A stretch of DNA of 64,000 bases from the NCBI GenBank assembly GCA_964487135.1, contig CAZAOU010000001.1, positions 8,542-72,541 of the forward strand, given 5' to 3'. The notes beneath the pieces are model-generated. The model ran no database searches and was not told where the DNA came from. It worked only from the letters and a program-made list of their open reading frames with translations. The DNA comes from an uncultured Candidatus Saccharibacteria bacterium (GTDB lineage Bacteria; Patescibacteriota; Minisyncoccia; Phycocordibacterales; CAIRYW01). The position numbers and the translations under genes are program-made. Below, in pieces: positions 1-8,809 of the stretch; position 1 is the first letter of the stretch; each line of letters opens with the position of its first letter.

Positions 1-40
1 ATTTTGGGCAGATTTTTTTTACAGATGCTTTTACTCTCAT
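1..40 (-). CDS. rpmJ: 50S ribosomal protein L36, 5' part (runs off the window)
   Basis: Reverse strand from 40 reads MRVKASVKKICPK, the L36 N-terminus; lies directly downstream of infA. Confidence 0.92.
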   Translation of the reverse strand, partial: MRVKASVKKICPK

Positions 41-150
41 AATAAAAGCGGTTTATAACCGCGAAAAACTTTTTCTTATAACAAACGAAAAAGTAGGGAC
101 AATTGTACCAGAAGGCGCTTTTTAAGTCAAAGGCCCATTCTGGGGATTCT

Positions 151-366
151 CTACTTTCTTCTAATTATTCTTGCTTTTCCTCCGTAAGGATCCATTTCCA
201 TTTCAACTGTGTCACCAATGAGAACACGTATTCTATTTATTCTCATTTTGCCAGCTAGATACGCTAAAATTGGTTCTTCATTTCCTTCCACTTGAACTCT
301 AAAAAGAGTATTAGGCAGAGCTTCTATTACTAAACCAGATTTTATTTCTACTTCTTTATTTACCAT
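151..366 (-). CDS. infA: Translation initiation factor IF-1
   Basis: G-V-EALPN-FRV...AYLAGKMR...IRVLIGD-V motif, 71 aa. Confidence 0.97.
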   Translation of the reverse strand: MVNKEVEIKSGLVIEALPNTLFRVQVEGNEEPILAYLAGKMRINRIRVLIGDTVEMEMDPYGGKARIIRRK

Positions 367-417
367 GTATCTTTAGGTGTACATTCAGAATACTAAAATA
401 AATAAACAAAATCAAGG

Positions 418-1710
418 TTATTTTATGTTTATCTCAATATCCGATGGCGAATCAGATACTTTTGATGACCAAAAAGGAGTAACTGTTATCTTTGCATTAT
501 TAACTGCTGCAATTTTTTTGATAGGTTCAAGAGCTTCAGACTTTCCTTTTCCAATTACAGACGAAAGGACTTTGTCTTTGTCTATATCAGCCGTTACTGT
601 AACAGTACCAGTTAAATCAATTTCTAAACCGTTGTCTGTTTCTGAAAAAGAGGTAGCTTTTAAATTTAATGATGATGCCTTAACGTTTCCTTCTCCTACA
701 GGCATTTTGTCTCTTGAAGAATAGAAAGAATAAATTGAACCAACATTTAGAGTAAATGCTTTTATTGAACCTTCAGCTTTTATTGTCGCACCCTCACTAT
801 TGTAGTCTGGTGGTAAGACTTCTACCGTTATTGTCCAAGCATTTTCTGGAACTATAAAGTTTTTAGGTGTTTCCTCTTTTATTTTTTTGATCAATATTTG
901 TTTTAAAGATTCTTCAATTTGTCCGTTGGCTTTTTTAAGATCCTCTTCTTTAACAACAGCGATTGTTCCCAATCCTCCACCTCCTATTGCGGTTTTTGAA
1001 CGAGCATATACAGAATTAAACTTATCTGTGCCTTTAAATCCAGGAATAGTGAAGTCTGTTAGACCCACATTGTATTGATTACCTGCTTTTTCAGCAAAGA
1101 TCGTTGCTTCAACACTTCCTGGAATTTTTTTGCCGTCCTTAGTTGTTTGTCCTGGAACCGTAACAGCTCTGTCTGTTTTAAATATCAAACCTTCTGGGGT
1201 TTCAAATCTCGTGCCAGCAACTAATTTTTGTGATGCTGTTCCGGAGTTGTTGTATATCACAATTTTGCCCGACGCTTTCTCAGAAATTTCTTTCTTTTCT
1301 CCTCCCTTTACTTGAATTTCAGTTTTATCTTTTAGAGTTATAGATGTATATAAAATTCCTTCACCATTTTTACCAGCATTTATTTTTCCAGTCATATCAA
1401 ATGGTATTTGTTTCGTCTCAATTGTTATGGTGGTTTTATTAAATAAAGCACTTCCTATAAGAAATAAAACAACTAAAGCCACGAAAGCAACTGCCCATAT
1501 TTTCCAGTTTCGGTTTCTATTTTTTTCGGTAAAAGAATAATCGGTAATATTATTTTCTTCTGGAGTTATTATTTTTCTTACCGGTATTGATGTTGATCCT
1601 CTTTCTCTGCGATCTTCTTTTTTTGAGGGTTCTTTTCCGGGTATAGGAATATTTCGTATCGTTCTTTCACTACTCTTATTAGTTACGATGTCTCTAACTT
1701 CTTTTTTCAT
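418..1710 (-). CDS. Single-pass membrane protein with baseplate J/gp47-like domain (CPR-conserved type)
   Basis: TM helix followed by KASGKIVIYN...AGTRF...GLIFKT...AEKAGNQYN, a baseplate-J-like beta domain. Confidence 0.65.
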   Translation of the reverse strand: MKKEVRDIVTNKSSERTIRNIPIPGKEPSKKEDRRERGSTSIPVRKIITPEENNITDYSFTEKNRNRNWKIWAVAFVALVVLFLIGSALFNKTTITIETKQIPFDMTGKINAGKNGEGILYTSITLKDKTEIQVKGGEKKEISEKASGKIVIYNNSGTASQKLVAGTRFETPEGLIFKTDRAVTVPGQTTKDGKKIPGSVEATIFAEKAGNQYNVGLTDFTIPGFKGTDKFNSVYARSKTAIGGGGLGTIAVVKEEDLKKANGQIEESLKQILIKKIKEETPKNFIVPENAWTITVEVLPPDYNSEGATIKAEGSIKAFTLNVGSIYSFYSSRDKMPVGEGNVKASSLNLKATSFSETDNGLEIDLTGTVTVTADIDKDKVLSSVIGKGKSEALEPIKKIAAVNNAKITVTPFWSSKVSDSPSDIEINIK

Positions 1711-1724
1711 TAAATCTAATTATA

Positions 1725-2894
1725 CTATATTTTTTTCAGTCCAACTTTTTCTAAACTGTTGATACCCATTATTGATAGTCCCATTTCTTCAGAAATTTCT
1801 TGGTCAGTTTCTTGTCTGGATATAAATTCCTTAAACATATTTGGTTCTATAAACACTAATTCGGGATCTTTTCCAAAACTTCCCTTACAATAAGGATCTT
1901 CAGCCACTACTTGCCACATTAATTGGGATTCAATACTGTTGCTCAAGACATATATACCCTCAACAGGCCCTTCTAAAAGACCTTCCCATATAACTTTTCT
2001 TATTGTTTCTATAAACGGGTCAATAGATTTAAGTAATTCATTTTTTATTTTGAGACTTTTTTCATCGTTCAATTTGTCATTAGCAAAGAGAGCAATAGCG
2101 CTTTTTGCATCCTCATATATCGGGCTTAGTGATTTATCCATGAGAATACGAATAAAATAATTTTTACCATAAGGAACCGAAGCGATCTTTTTTATTACTC
2201 CCTCTCTTATAAATAACATGTCTGCAACCTCGTGGTCAGGAATTAGCAGGAGGTAAGAATTTTTTTTGATTAGTTTTGATATTCCTAAAGATGAAAGACT
2301 TGTAATACTTTCGTAACGGATTTTGGTGTGAGGAAGGAATATCTCTATTATTTCACTGATTTTTTCTTTTAATTTTTTATCTACCACATTGGTTATGGCC
2401 TTAATTTCAACTTCTTGAGCTTTTTTGCCTTTAAGATCTTTGAGTTCATAACCGTTTGCAGTTACAGATATTATTGTCTGATCAACAATATCTGTGTTTT
2501 CGCTGTTTGGAACTTGGATAGAGATTGCTTCTAGTAATTCATTTTCTGAAATAATAAAAGGTTTGTCTTTTTTAATAACAGCATTAGTTTCTAGTGGTAT
2601 GTGCCATGGCGAACCAAGCACAAATCTAACGATGTCTGGTTTTAAGTCACTATCAGTTAGTTTTGTGGATATTATTTTTTCACCAACTCTTTTTAGAGTA
2701 GAAAGCATTCTTGTTTCTAGACGTTTAGCGTCTAGTTCTTCAAGAAAAACTGTTTCTTCATTCATTCCAAATATTATTTTTGGATTTTCACCCTCATAAA
2801 ATTTTACAAGAGATATATCAATTGCTCCACTTTCAGCAATTATTACTAACTCGTTTCTATTATTACTATTTTTTGAAGCAAAAAAAGACATCAC
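1725..2894 (-). CDS. Divergent FtsA/PilM-like actin-fold protein
   Basis: 389 aa; NGY segment, SVPYGKNYFIR and overall layout resemble CPR FtsA-like proteins found before baseplate-J-like genes; phosphate loops are degenerate. Confidence 0.45.
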   Translation of the reverse strand: MMSFFASKNSNNRNELVIIAESGAIDISLVKFYEGENPKIIFGMNEETVFLEELDAKRLETRMLSTLKRVGEKIISTKLTDSDLKPDIVRFVLGSPWHIPLETNAVIKKDKPFIISENELLEAISIQVPNSENTDIVDQTIISVTANGYELKDLKGKKAQEVEIKAITNVVDKKLKEKISEIIEIFLPHTKIRYESITSLSSLGISKLIKKNSYLLLIPDHEVADMLFIREGVIKKIASVPYGKNYFIRILMDKSLSPIYEDAKSAIALFANDKLNDEKSLKIKNELLKSIDPFIETIRKVIWEGLLEGPVEGIYVLSNSIESQLMWQVVAEDPYCKGSFGKDPELVFIEPNMFKEFISRQETDQEISEEMGLSIMGINSLEKVGLKKI

Positions 2895-2936
2895 CCATAT
2901 TTTAATATATGAGTGATAAAAACGATAGTCTTTTGT

Positions 2937-4694
2937 TTACTCTATTACAGCTTTAATTCGTCTAACTCCAGCCGAGACCGCTTCTTCTTTTTGGATTTTG
3001 AAAGTGCCCTTAAGCTCAGATGTATTTTTTACATGAGGACCACCACAAAATTCTTTTGAGTAAGCGTGGTCTAAATTTTCTCCTATAAAATAAACTGTAA
3101 CAGTATCGCCATATTTGTCTCCAAAAAAATGTAGAGCGCCAGTTTTCTCCGCTTCTTCTTTTGGTAGAGATTCAACTTGCACAGGCAGAGAATCTTTTAT
3201 TTTCTGATTGATTATCTCCTCAACCTTTTTCTTTTCTTCGTCAGTCATTTTGGCTGTGTGTGTAAAATCAAATCGCAGTCTTTCTGGAGTAATGTTGCTT
3301 CCCTTTTGGGTTACATGATTTCCCAAAACATCGCGGAGAGCTTGGTGAAGAAGGTGTGTTGCAGTGTGGTATTGAAGAGATTTTTCACTTGTGTCTCCCA
3401 GGCCTCCTTTAAATTTTTTTTCTGCGCCAGCGCGTGAAAGTTCTTGGTGTTTTTTAAATTCTTCCTCAAATTTTTGTTTATCAATTTTTTGTCCTCTTTC
3501 TATAGCAATTTCTTCTGTGAGTTCAATTGGAAAACCATAGCTGGTAAATAAAATAAAAGGATCAGTTCCTTTTTCAAACTCTCGTATTCCTTTTTCCAAG
3601 GTTTGTCTAAACTTCTGTTCCTCCTTATCGATCTCTGTTTTAATTGTTTCTTTTTTAGCTACCAATTCTCTATATACATCTTTGTATTTTTCTATAACCG
3701 TTTCTGCGATCCAAAAAAGCGCTCCGTGTTTCATGCCAAGCTTATCTGCGTGGCGCACCGCTCGCCTCAAAAGTCTTCTTAAAATGTATCCCTGATCTGT
3801 GTTAGATGGAGTTACGCCATCTCCTATCATAAAGACAGATGTTCTTATGTGATCTGCCACAATTCTTTTAGATTTTGTAAGAGAAGAATCTGTGCTTGAA
3901 GTAAATTCATCTATTTTTTCCATTATTGGCTTAAACAAATCCGTATCAAAAATATTATTTTTTTTCTGAAGCGCCATCGTAACTCTTTCAAGTCCTGATC
4001 CAGTATCAACATTTTTTGAACTTAATTTTCCAACAACTTTCCCATCTTTTTTTAGATACTCCATAAAGACATCGTTCCATATCTCAACTACCTGCTGTTT
4101 TTCGTCGGCAATCAAATATTCTTCTTTATTTAAATCACCCAAACCTTCTTCTGTTATGTCATAAAACATTTCTGTATCGGGTCCGCAAGGGCCATTGTCG
4201 CCAGCACTCCACCAATTGCTTTTTGCAGGCATAAAGTAAATTCGATTTTCAGGAATTCCAACTTTTTTCCAAATTTCAAAACTTTCTGTATCTTTTGGTG
4301 CGTTTTCATCTCCATCAAAACAAGTTATGTAAAGTCGTTTTGGATCAAGGGCAAAACCTTCTTTTGATGTAAGAAGTTCATAACTCCACTTAATCGCATC
4401 TTCTTTAAAATAATCTCCTAAAGACCAGTTTCCGAGCATTTCAAAAAAAGTATCGTGAGTGTTGTCGCCCACCTCATCTATATCCTGAGTTCTAACGCAT
4501 TTTTGAACATTCGCTATGCGTTTTCCTGCGGGATGTTTTTCGCCTAAAAGATATGGCACAAGAGGTTGCATGCCGGCAGTGTTAAAAAGTACAGAAGGAT
4601 CGTTTTCCGGCACAAGAGGAGCCGAAGGAATAATTGTGTGACCTCTTTTTGCAAAGAAATCTAAGAATTTTTGACGAATTTGTTCAGAATTCAT
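2937..4694 (-). CDS. alaS: Alanine--tRNA ligase, short form without C-Ala domain
   Basis: LFNTAGMQP, HDTFFEMLGNWS, EIWNDVF, DTGSGLER, HTATHLL, EFCGGPHV, GVRRIKA; ATG at 4694 follows an extended -10. Confidence 0.97.
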   Translation of the reverse strand: MNSEQIRQKFLDFFAKRGHTIIPSAPLVPENDPSVLFNTAGMQPLVPYLLGEKHPAGKRIANVQKCVRTQDIDEVGDNTHDTFFEMLGNWSLGDYFKEDAIKWSYELLTSKEGFALDPKRLYITCFDGDENAPKDTESFEIWKKVGIPENRIYFMPAKSNWWSAGDNGPCGPDTEMFYDITEEGLGDLNKEEYLIADEKQQVVEIWNDVFMEYLKKDGKVVGKLSSKNVDTGSGLERVTMALQKKNNIFDTDLFKPIMEKIDEFTSSTDSSLTKSKRIVADHIRTSVFMIGDGVTPSNTDQGYILRRLLRRAVRHADKLGMKHGALFWIAETVIEKYKDVYRELVAKKETIKTEIDKEEQKFRQTLEKGIREFEKGTDPFILFTSYGFPIELTEEIAIERGQKIDKQKFEEEFKKHQELSRAGAEKKFKGGLGDTSEKSLQYHTATHLLHQALRDVLGNHVTQKGSNITPERLRFDFTHTAKMTDEEKKKVEEIINQKIKDSLPVQVESLPKEEAEKTGALHFFGDKYGDTVTVYFIGENLDHAYSKEFCGGPHVKNTSELKGTFKIQKEEAVSAGVRRIKAVIE

Positions 4695-4732
4695 AGGTAA
4701 CAATGTATCACAATTTATTGTATTATGTATAC

Positions 4733-5053
4733 ATGACAAACGAACTAGGAGCTTTGGGTTTTGATAGACCAAAACATGGTGACGGCATCAAACAAGAACA
4801 AATCGTTGAGGAATCTATTAAAGAATTAAAAGATTATCAAAAAATGCTTCTTACTAAGGGGGCTATCGCTAATTTAGGTGAGCCAGCTGACTCAAGTTCG
4901 ACTGAAAATTTATCTTACTTTGATATTCAAAAAAAGATTGAGGATTTGGTTATTTCAATTATAAATAAAGAAACTGTTCAGAGTTTATACGATCGCGCCG
5001 AGGTTTTAATAAAAAATTTGGAGAATAGTCGATCTATTGGAGATCAGGAATAG
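4733..5053 (+). CDS. Hypothetical protein
   Basis: 106-aa ORF filling the gap, divergent from alaS. Confidence 0.6.
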   Translation: MTNELGALGFDRPKHGDGIKQEQIVEESIKELKDYQKMLLTKGAIANLGEPADSSSTENLSYFDIQKKIEDLVISIINKETVQSLYDRAEVLIKNLENSRSIGDQE

Positions 5054-5063
5054 CACGACTATA

Positions 5064-5561
5064 TTATTCAGTAAAATCGAAATTTATTGTCGGAGGAAGA
5101 ATAACTGTTGTTCCTGGAATTGTTGGTGTTGTGCCTGTTGCGTTAGTTACAGGTATCTCGTTTACACTTATTCCTGTATTTTGTCCCGAAATTTGAAAGC
5201 CTGTAATAGTTGTATTATTGGTTGAATTTTGTGAATTGTCGTTAATTGTTATTGGAGTGTTTGAAATAACGACACTACAGCTTTTGTTTTTTATAGATTC
5301 TCTGGTTTTTTTGTCCACCATTACAGAATTTCCAAGCCTATTATTTTTTTTAAAATTTGAAACAGCTACAGCGGTGTTTAGGTCAAATACTCCATTTATT
5401 CTAGAACCTAAAAATTTTTGAAGTTTTGTAACCTCACCTTTTGTTTTTTTGTCGCTAGTTCCGAGATTTAGATTATTTTTTAAGTCAGTGCAGGCAGCAA
5501 AAGAGGTTGCAGGTGCAAGCAAAACGAGTGTAAAAGCCAAAGATAATATTCTATTTTTCAT
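5064..5561 (-). CDS. Secreted peptidoglycan-binding-domain protein
   Basis: Signal peptide; L-LG...GEVTKLQKFL...GVFD-NT--AV-NF PG_binding_1-like motif; Thr-rich tail. Confidence 0.75.
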   Translation of the reverse strand: MKNRILSLAFTLVLLAPATSFAACTDLKNNLNLGTSDKKTKGEVTKLQKFLGSRINGVFDLNTAVAVSNFKKNNRLGNSVMVDKKTRESIKNKSCSVVISNTPITINDNSQNSTNNTTITGFQISGQNTGISVNEIPVTNATGTTPTIPGTTVILPPTINFDFTE

Positions 5562-5621
5562 GTGTGCAATTATATCAAATTTACTTGAAAAGTCAATATT
5601 ATTGTGCTATGGTTTTGGGCG

Positions 5622-6044
5622 ATGCAAACAAAGCTCATTCAGCTCGTGATCGTGCTCGTCGCGATCTTCGCCCCTCTCTCTGGCCTCAATGCCCAGGAGG
5701 TGGAAAAACCAAAATCAACCCCACCCGTGAATCTTCTCAAGGACTCTGTCTCTGAGACAATACCTATCAGTGTTCTGTCTGAGGATGCCAACGGGTATGT
5801 CGTTCGTGAGATTTTTGTCATGCAAGGAAAGAGGTTGGCAGTTGTCCAGCGAATCGGTGTAATGAGCATCGATTTTTCGAGAAATAGTGTCTCGATTTCT
5901 CAGCTCGGCGAATGCCTCGTGGTCAAGGTTCCTTGGGGTATACCCGAAGAAGGCGAAAAAAAATTTACCGGCTTCATTAAGAAGGAAGGTGGAAAGATCG
6001 GAATGCTCTATCCGATTACAGGTGAAGTAACTTTCTACGAGTAG
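5622..6044 (+). CDS. Hypothetical secreted protein (GC-richer orphan)
   Basis: Signal peptide ending LNA-Q; has its own promoter-like box and a terminator at about 6049-6069. Confidence 0.65.
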   Translation: MQTKLIQLVIVLVAIFAPLSGLNAQEVEKPKSTPPVNLLKDSVSETIPISVLSEDANGYVVREIFVMQGKRLAVVQRIGVMSIDFSRNSVSISQLGECLVVKVPWGIPEEGEKKFTGFIKKEGGKIGMLYPITGEVTFYE

Positions 6045-6068
6045 TTCCTCGGCTTCATGCCGATTTTT

Positions 6069-6671
6069 TTATACAAAATTTTTTAAAACTTCAAAATCTT
6101 TTTTAAGAGTTTCTTTAAGGTGTTGGTTGTAGATTGCAGCGGCAGGATGATAAAAAGGAATTATTTTTATCTTTCCATAATTAGTGTTTGCTTCGTATTG
6201 TTTTCCGTGTGCAACAGAGATAGGTTCTATATCTAAAAACAGTCCAAATTTTTCCATGATGTATTGCATAGAAAATCTGCCTAATGTCGCAATAATTTTT
6301 GGTTGAATTATTTCTATTTGTTTATCTAAAAACGGTCCGTAAGAGGATATTTCTGTAGGGCTTGGATCACGATTTTCTGGGGGTCTGTCTTTTACAATAT
6401 TTGTTACATATACATCTTCTCGTTTTATTCCTGCATGTGCTAAAAGTTCATCTAAAAATTTTCCTGATGCGCCACAAAAAGGTTTTCCATTTTTAGCTTC
6501 GTTTTTGCCGGGAGCTTCGCCGATAAACATTATTTTAGAAAAATGACTTCCCTCGCCTATGACCGGAAAATAATTATTTTCTTTGCGAAATTTATATAAA
6601 GGCAAAAATTCTGCCACCAAAAGTTCATCGCGAATTTTTTTTAGTTCATTAAATCGCTCGTCTTTATTCAT
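6069..6671 (-). CDS. udg: Uracil-DNA glycosylase, family 4
   Basis: MFIGEAPG-NE, PFCGASG, TNIVKDRPPENRDP, TLGRF, YHPAA. Confidence 0.92.
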   Translation of the reverse strand: MNKDERFNELKKIRDELLVAEFLPLYKFRKENNYFPVIGEGSHFSKIMFIGEAPGKNEAKNGKPFCGASGKFLDELLAHAGIKREDVYVTNIVKDRPPENRDPSPTEISSYGPFLDKQIEIIQPKIIATLGRFSMQYIMEKFGLFLDIEPISVAHGKQYEANTNYGKIKIIPFYHPAAAIYNQHLKETLKKDFEVLKNFV

Positions 6672-6792
6672 CCCGTTAGAAATCAGAAATGTTAGACATT
6701 TCCAACCTTATACTAAGTTTTGCTAATAATACTTTATTTATACTCACTCTTATATTTTTTAACAAGTTCGTAACCGAACAATTTCTAACGGG
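6672..6792. mobile_element. 121-bp MITE-like element with 12-bp terminal inverted repeats and a 6-bp flanking duplication
   Basis: CCCGTTAGAAAT (6672-6683) and ATTTCTAACGGG (6781-6792), flanked by ATTCAT at 6666-6671 and 6793-6798. Confidence 0.7.
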
Positions 6793-6798
6793 ATTCAT

Positions 6799-7233
6799 TT
6801 AAAATTTTTCGTAAACAATTTTTAAAACAGCATGACCATCTTTGATGATTGGAAGTTTGAGAGCTTCTTCTTTTGTAGCCCATTTGTATTCAGAATGTTT
6901 CTCATCTCGGAGTTTAATTTCTGGGATTTTATCTATTGGATATACAAAAATATCGTATTCAAAATCATATTCAGAATAACGCACATAAAAGCTTTCAATG
7001 AAAGACAACCTGTTTGATTCGAGATATAAACTTGTTTCTTCAAGCACTTCTCGTAACAATGCTTCTTCTTTCGACTCGCCTTCTTCTATTTTTCCTCCTG
7101 GCGCTTGCCACTTTTCTCCTTCAAATTTATTTTTGTTTCTTTTCAGTAATAAATGCTTATTTCCACAGACAATCAAGCATCCAACAGCTCTTAATTTAGG
7201 ATTAAAATCATCTGGTTTTTTATCTAGAATCAT
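6799..7233 (-). CDS. NUDIX hydrolase
   Basis: Nudix box PGGKIEEGESKEEALLREVLEETSL. Confidence 0.9.
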   Translation of the reverse strand: MILDKKPDDFNPKLRAVGCLIVCGNKHLLLKRNKNKFEGEKWQAPGGKIEEGESKEEALLREVLEETSLYLESNRLSFIESFYVRYSEYDFEYDIFVYPIDKIPEIKLRDEKHSEYKWATKEEALKLPIIKDGHAVLKIVYEKF

Positions 7234-7748
7234 AAATAATTATTTTTATATTCTTTTATAAATGCAATATGCGCTCTCGTGTTAAAGCATGAGTGATAAG
7301 CATCAAAAGAGAGAGTGTGGAGTTGTTTCTCTAATATAGATAAAACCTCATCAATGTCATACCAAAAAACCTCTATTCCTTCCTCATCTTTTAATATTGT
7401 GGTTGGAGAGCCTTTATTACCAACAACCTTACAAACAAAGCCGTGAATTACTTGGTGGGTGCCATGCTTTGTTCTGAATTCGTCACTTACACCCAATTCT
7501 TGAAGTATTGAAACCTCACATCCAATTTCTTCTTTCATCTCTCTGTGTAATGCTTCTTCAAGCGATTCACCTTCCTCCACACCTCCTCCAGGAAGATGAA
7601 AGTTTTTTACACGGACTAAAGCTAATTTATTTTCTGAATCAAATACAAGAGCCTTAACCCTTGAAACCTCTTTATAGACTTCAGGTTCTGGTGTAAGAAG
7701 ATTTTCTGGAAAAATATCTTTATCGCTTTGCTGTAAGATTGTTTTCAT
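7230..7748 (-). CDS. NUDIX hydrolase
   Basis: Nudix box PGGGVEEGESLEEALHREMKEEIGC. Confidence 0.9.
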   Translation of the reverse strand: MKTILQQSDKDIFPENLLTPEPEVYKEVSRVKALVFDSENKLALVRVKNFHLPGGGVEEGESLEEALHREMKEEIGCEVSILQELGVSDEFRTKHGTHQVIHGFVCKVVGNKGSPTTILKDEEGIEVFWYDIDEVLSILEKQLHTLSFDAYHSCFNTRAHIAFIKEYKNNYL

Positions 7749-8028
7749 GTTTTTTTTCTTGCAAAATAATCTGCTGTTTGTCTTTTCCTAGAAGACCGTT
7801 ATATTTTCCAATTTTTCCATTCCCTAGAATTACTCGGTGACACGGAATATTTTTGTCGGCATTATTTTTCATAATATTTCCAACGACTCTAAAGGCTTTT
7901 GGATTTTCGGCCTTCATTGCTACTTCTTTGTATGAAAGGGTTTTTCCTTTTGGAATTTTTGCAACAACTTTTAAAACTCTAGCCTTAAAAGAGTTTTCCT
8001 GGTTTTGGTTCTTTATTTTTTTTCTCAT
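7720..8028 (-). CDS. ogt: O6-methylguanine-DNA methyltransferase family protein (C-terminal domain only)
   Basis: IPKGKTLSYKEVA, RVVG and active-site IPCHRV. Confidence 0.85.
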   Translation of the reverse strand: MRKKIKNQNQENSFKARVLKVVAKIPKGKTLSYKEVAMKAENPKAFRVVGNIMKNNADKNIPCHRVILGNGKIGKYNGLLGKDKQQIILQEKKHENNLTAKR

Positions 8029-8803
8029 CAATTTTTGCCTTAAAAATATTTTGTATTGATTTTCCAGCAAATTCTCTATATGCACAGAACTCACAACCTT
8101 CTCCAGATGCAGGCAATTCTTCGCTATCTAAGCAATTTTTTATATTTAAAAGAGTATCTTCTATCCAGTCTATCTTACCTTTATGTGCAATAAGAGTGAC
8201 GTCAAATTCTAATTTTCCGTCAAAAGCCTCCCTATCTGTTTGGCCGTTTACATAAACAAAATATCCTGTGTCGCTTACTTCAAAACCTTTTTGTCGCAGA
8301 AGCCACTGATAGATTTCCATCTGTCTTTGATACTGGTTTTGCCATTTTGTATCGCCCAAAGAATCCATTTTTCCGTCTTTGGCTGTGGCTTTGTAGTCAA
8401 CGACAATTAAATTATCATTTTTATCAATCCAAACATCATCAATCGCTCCGGTTATGAGCATGCCGGTCTTTTCATATTTATATTGAATTCCAACAAAATT
8501 TTCTCGCCATTTTTCTATTTCTTCATGATCAAACGGAACTGCATCAACTTTGTATTTTTGCATAAGAGGATGCTGGCTGTGTTTAGCTCGATGAATGTCA
8601 AATTCTTTTTTTAAGAGCGCATCAACAGCAATATTTAAAGTAAAAGCTGGACCTCTTGGACGAGACACTCCTAGTTTATTATCAAGATAAAAACATCTAG
8701 GACATTCCATAAAAAGGTCAATTTTCGATCTTGAGAGTTTCCAATTACTTCCGCCGTAATTCCAGTTAGCTCCTCTTATTTTTGGTTTTGATTCGTAGGC
8801 CAT
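7985..8803 (-). CDS. PD-(D/E)XK nuclease family protein (RecB/Cas4-like)
   Basis: LSRSKIDLFMECPRCFY, GAIDD, IVVDYK, QMEIY, C-terminal CEFC. Confidence 0.85.
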   Translation of the reverse strand: MAYESKPKIRGANWNYGGSNWKLSRSKIDLFMECPRCFYLDNKLGVSRPRGPAFTLNIAVDALLKKEFDIHRAKHSQHPLMQKYKVDAVPFDHEEIEKWRENFVGIQYKYEKTGMLITGAIDDVWIDKNDNLIVVDYKATAKDGKMDSLGDTKWQNQYQRQMEIYQWLLRQKGFEVSDTGYFVYVNGQTDREAFDGKLEFDVTLIAHKGKIDWIEDTLLNIKNCLDSEELPASGEGCEFCAYREFAGKSIQNIFKAKIDEKKNKEPKPGKLF

Positions 8804-8809
8804 TGGGCT

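Noticed and set aside
418-1710. Prophage or contractile injection system
   Set aside because: A single baseplate-J-like domain with a TM anchor among housekeeping genes; no sheath, tube, capsid or terminase genes
4695-4772. N-terminal extension of AlaRS in the ORF track
   Set aside because: Homology starts at MNSEQIR; a -10-like box precedes ATG 4694 and the extension overlaps the divergent gene
7985-8803. Cas4-like nuclease as a sign of CRISPR-Cas
   Set aside because: No cas1/cas2 or repeat-spacer array seen in the window; solo PD-(D/E)XK nucleases are common
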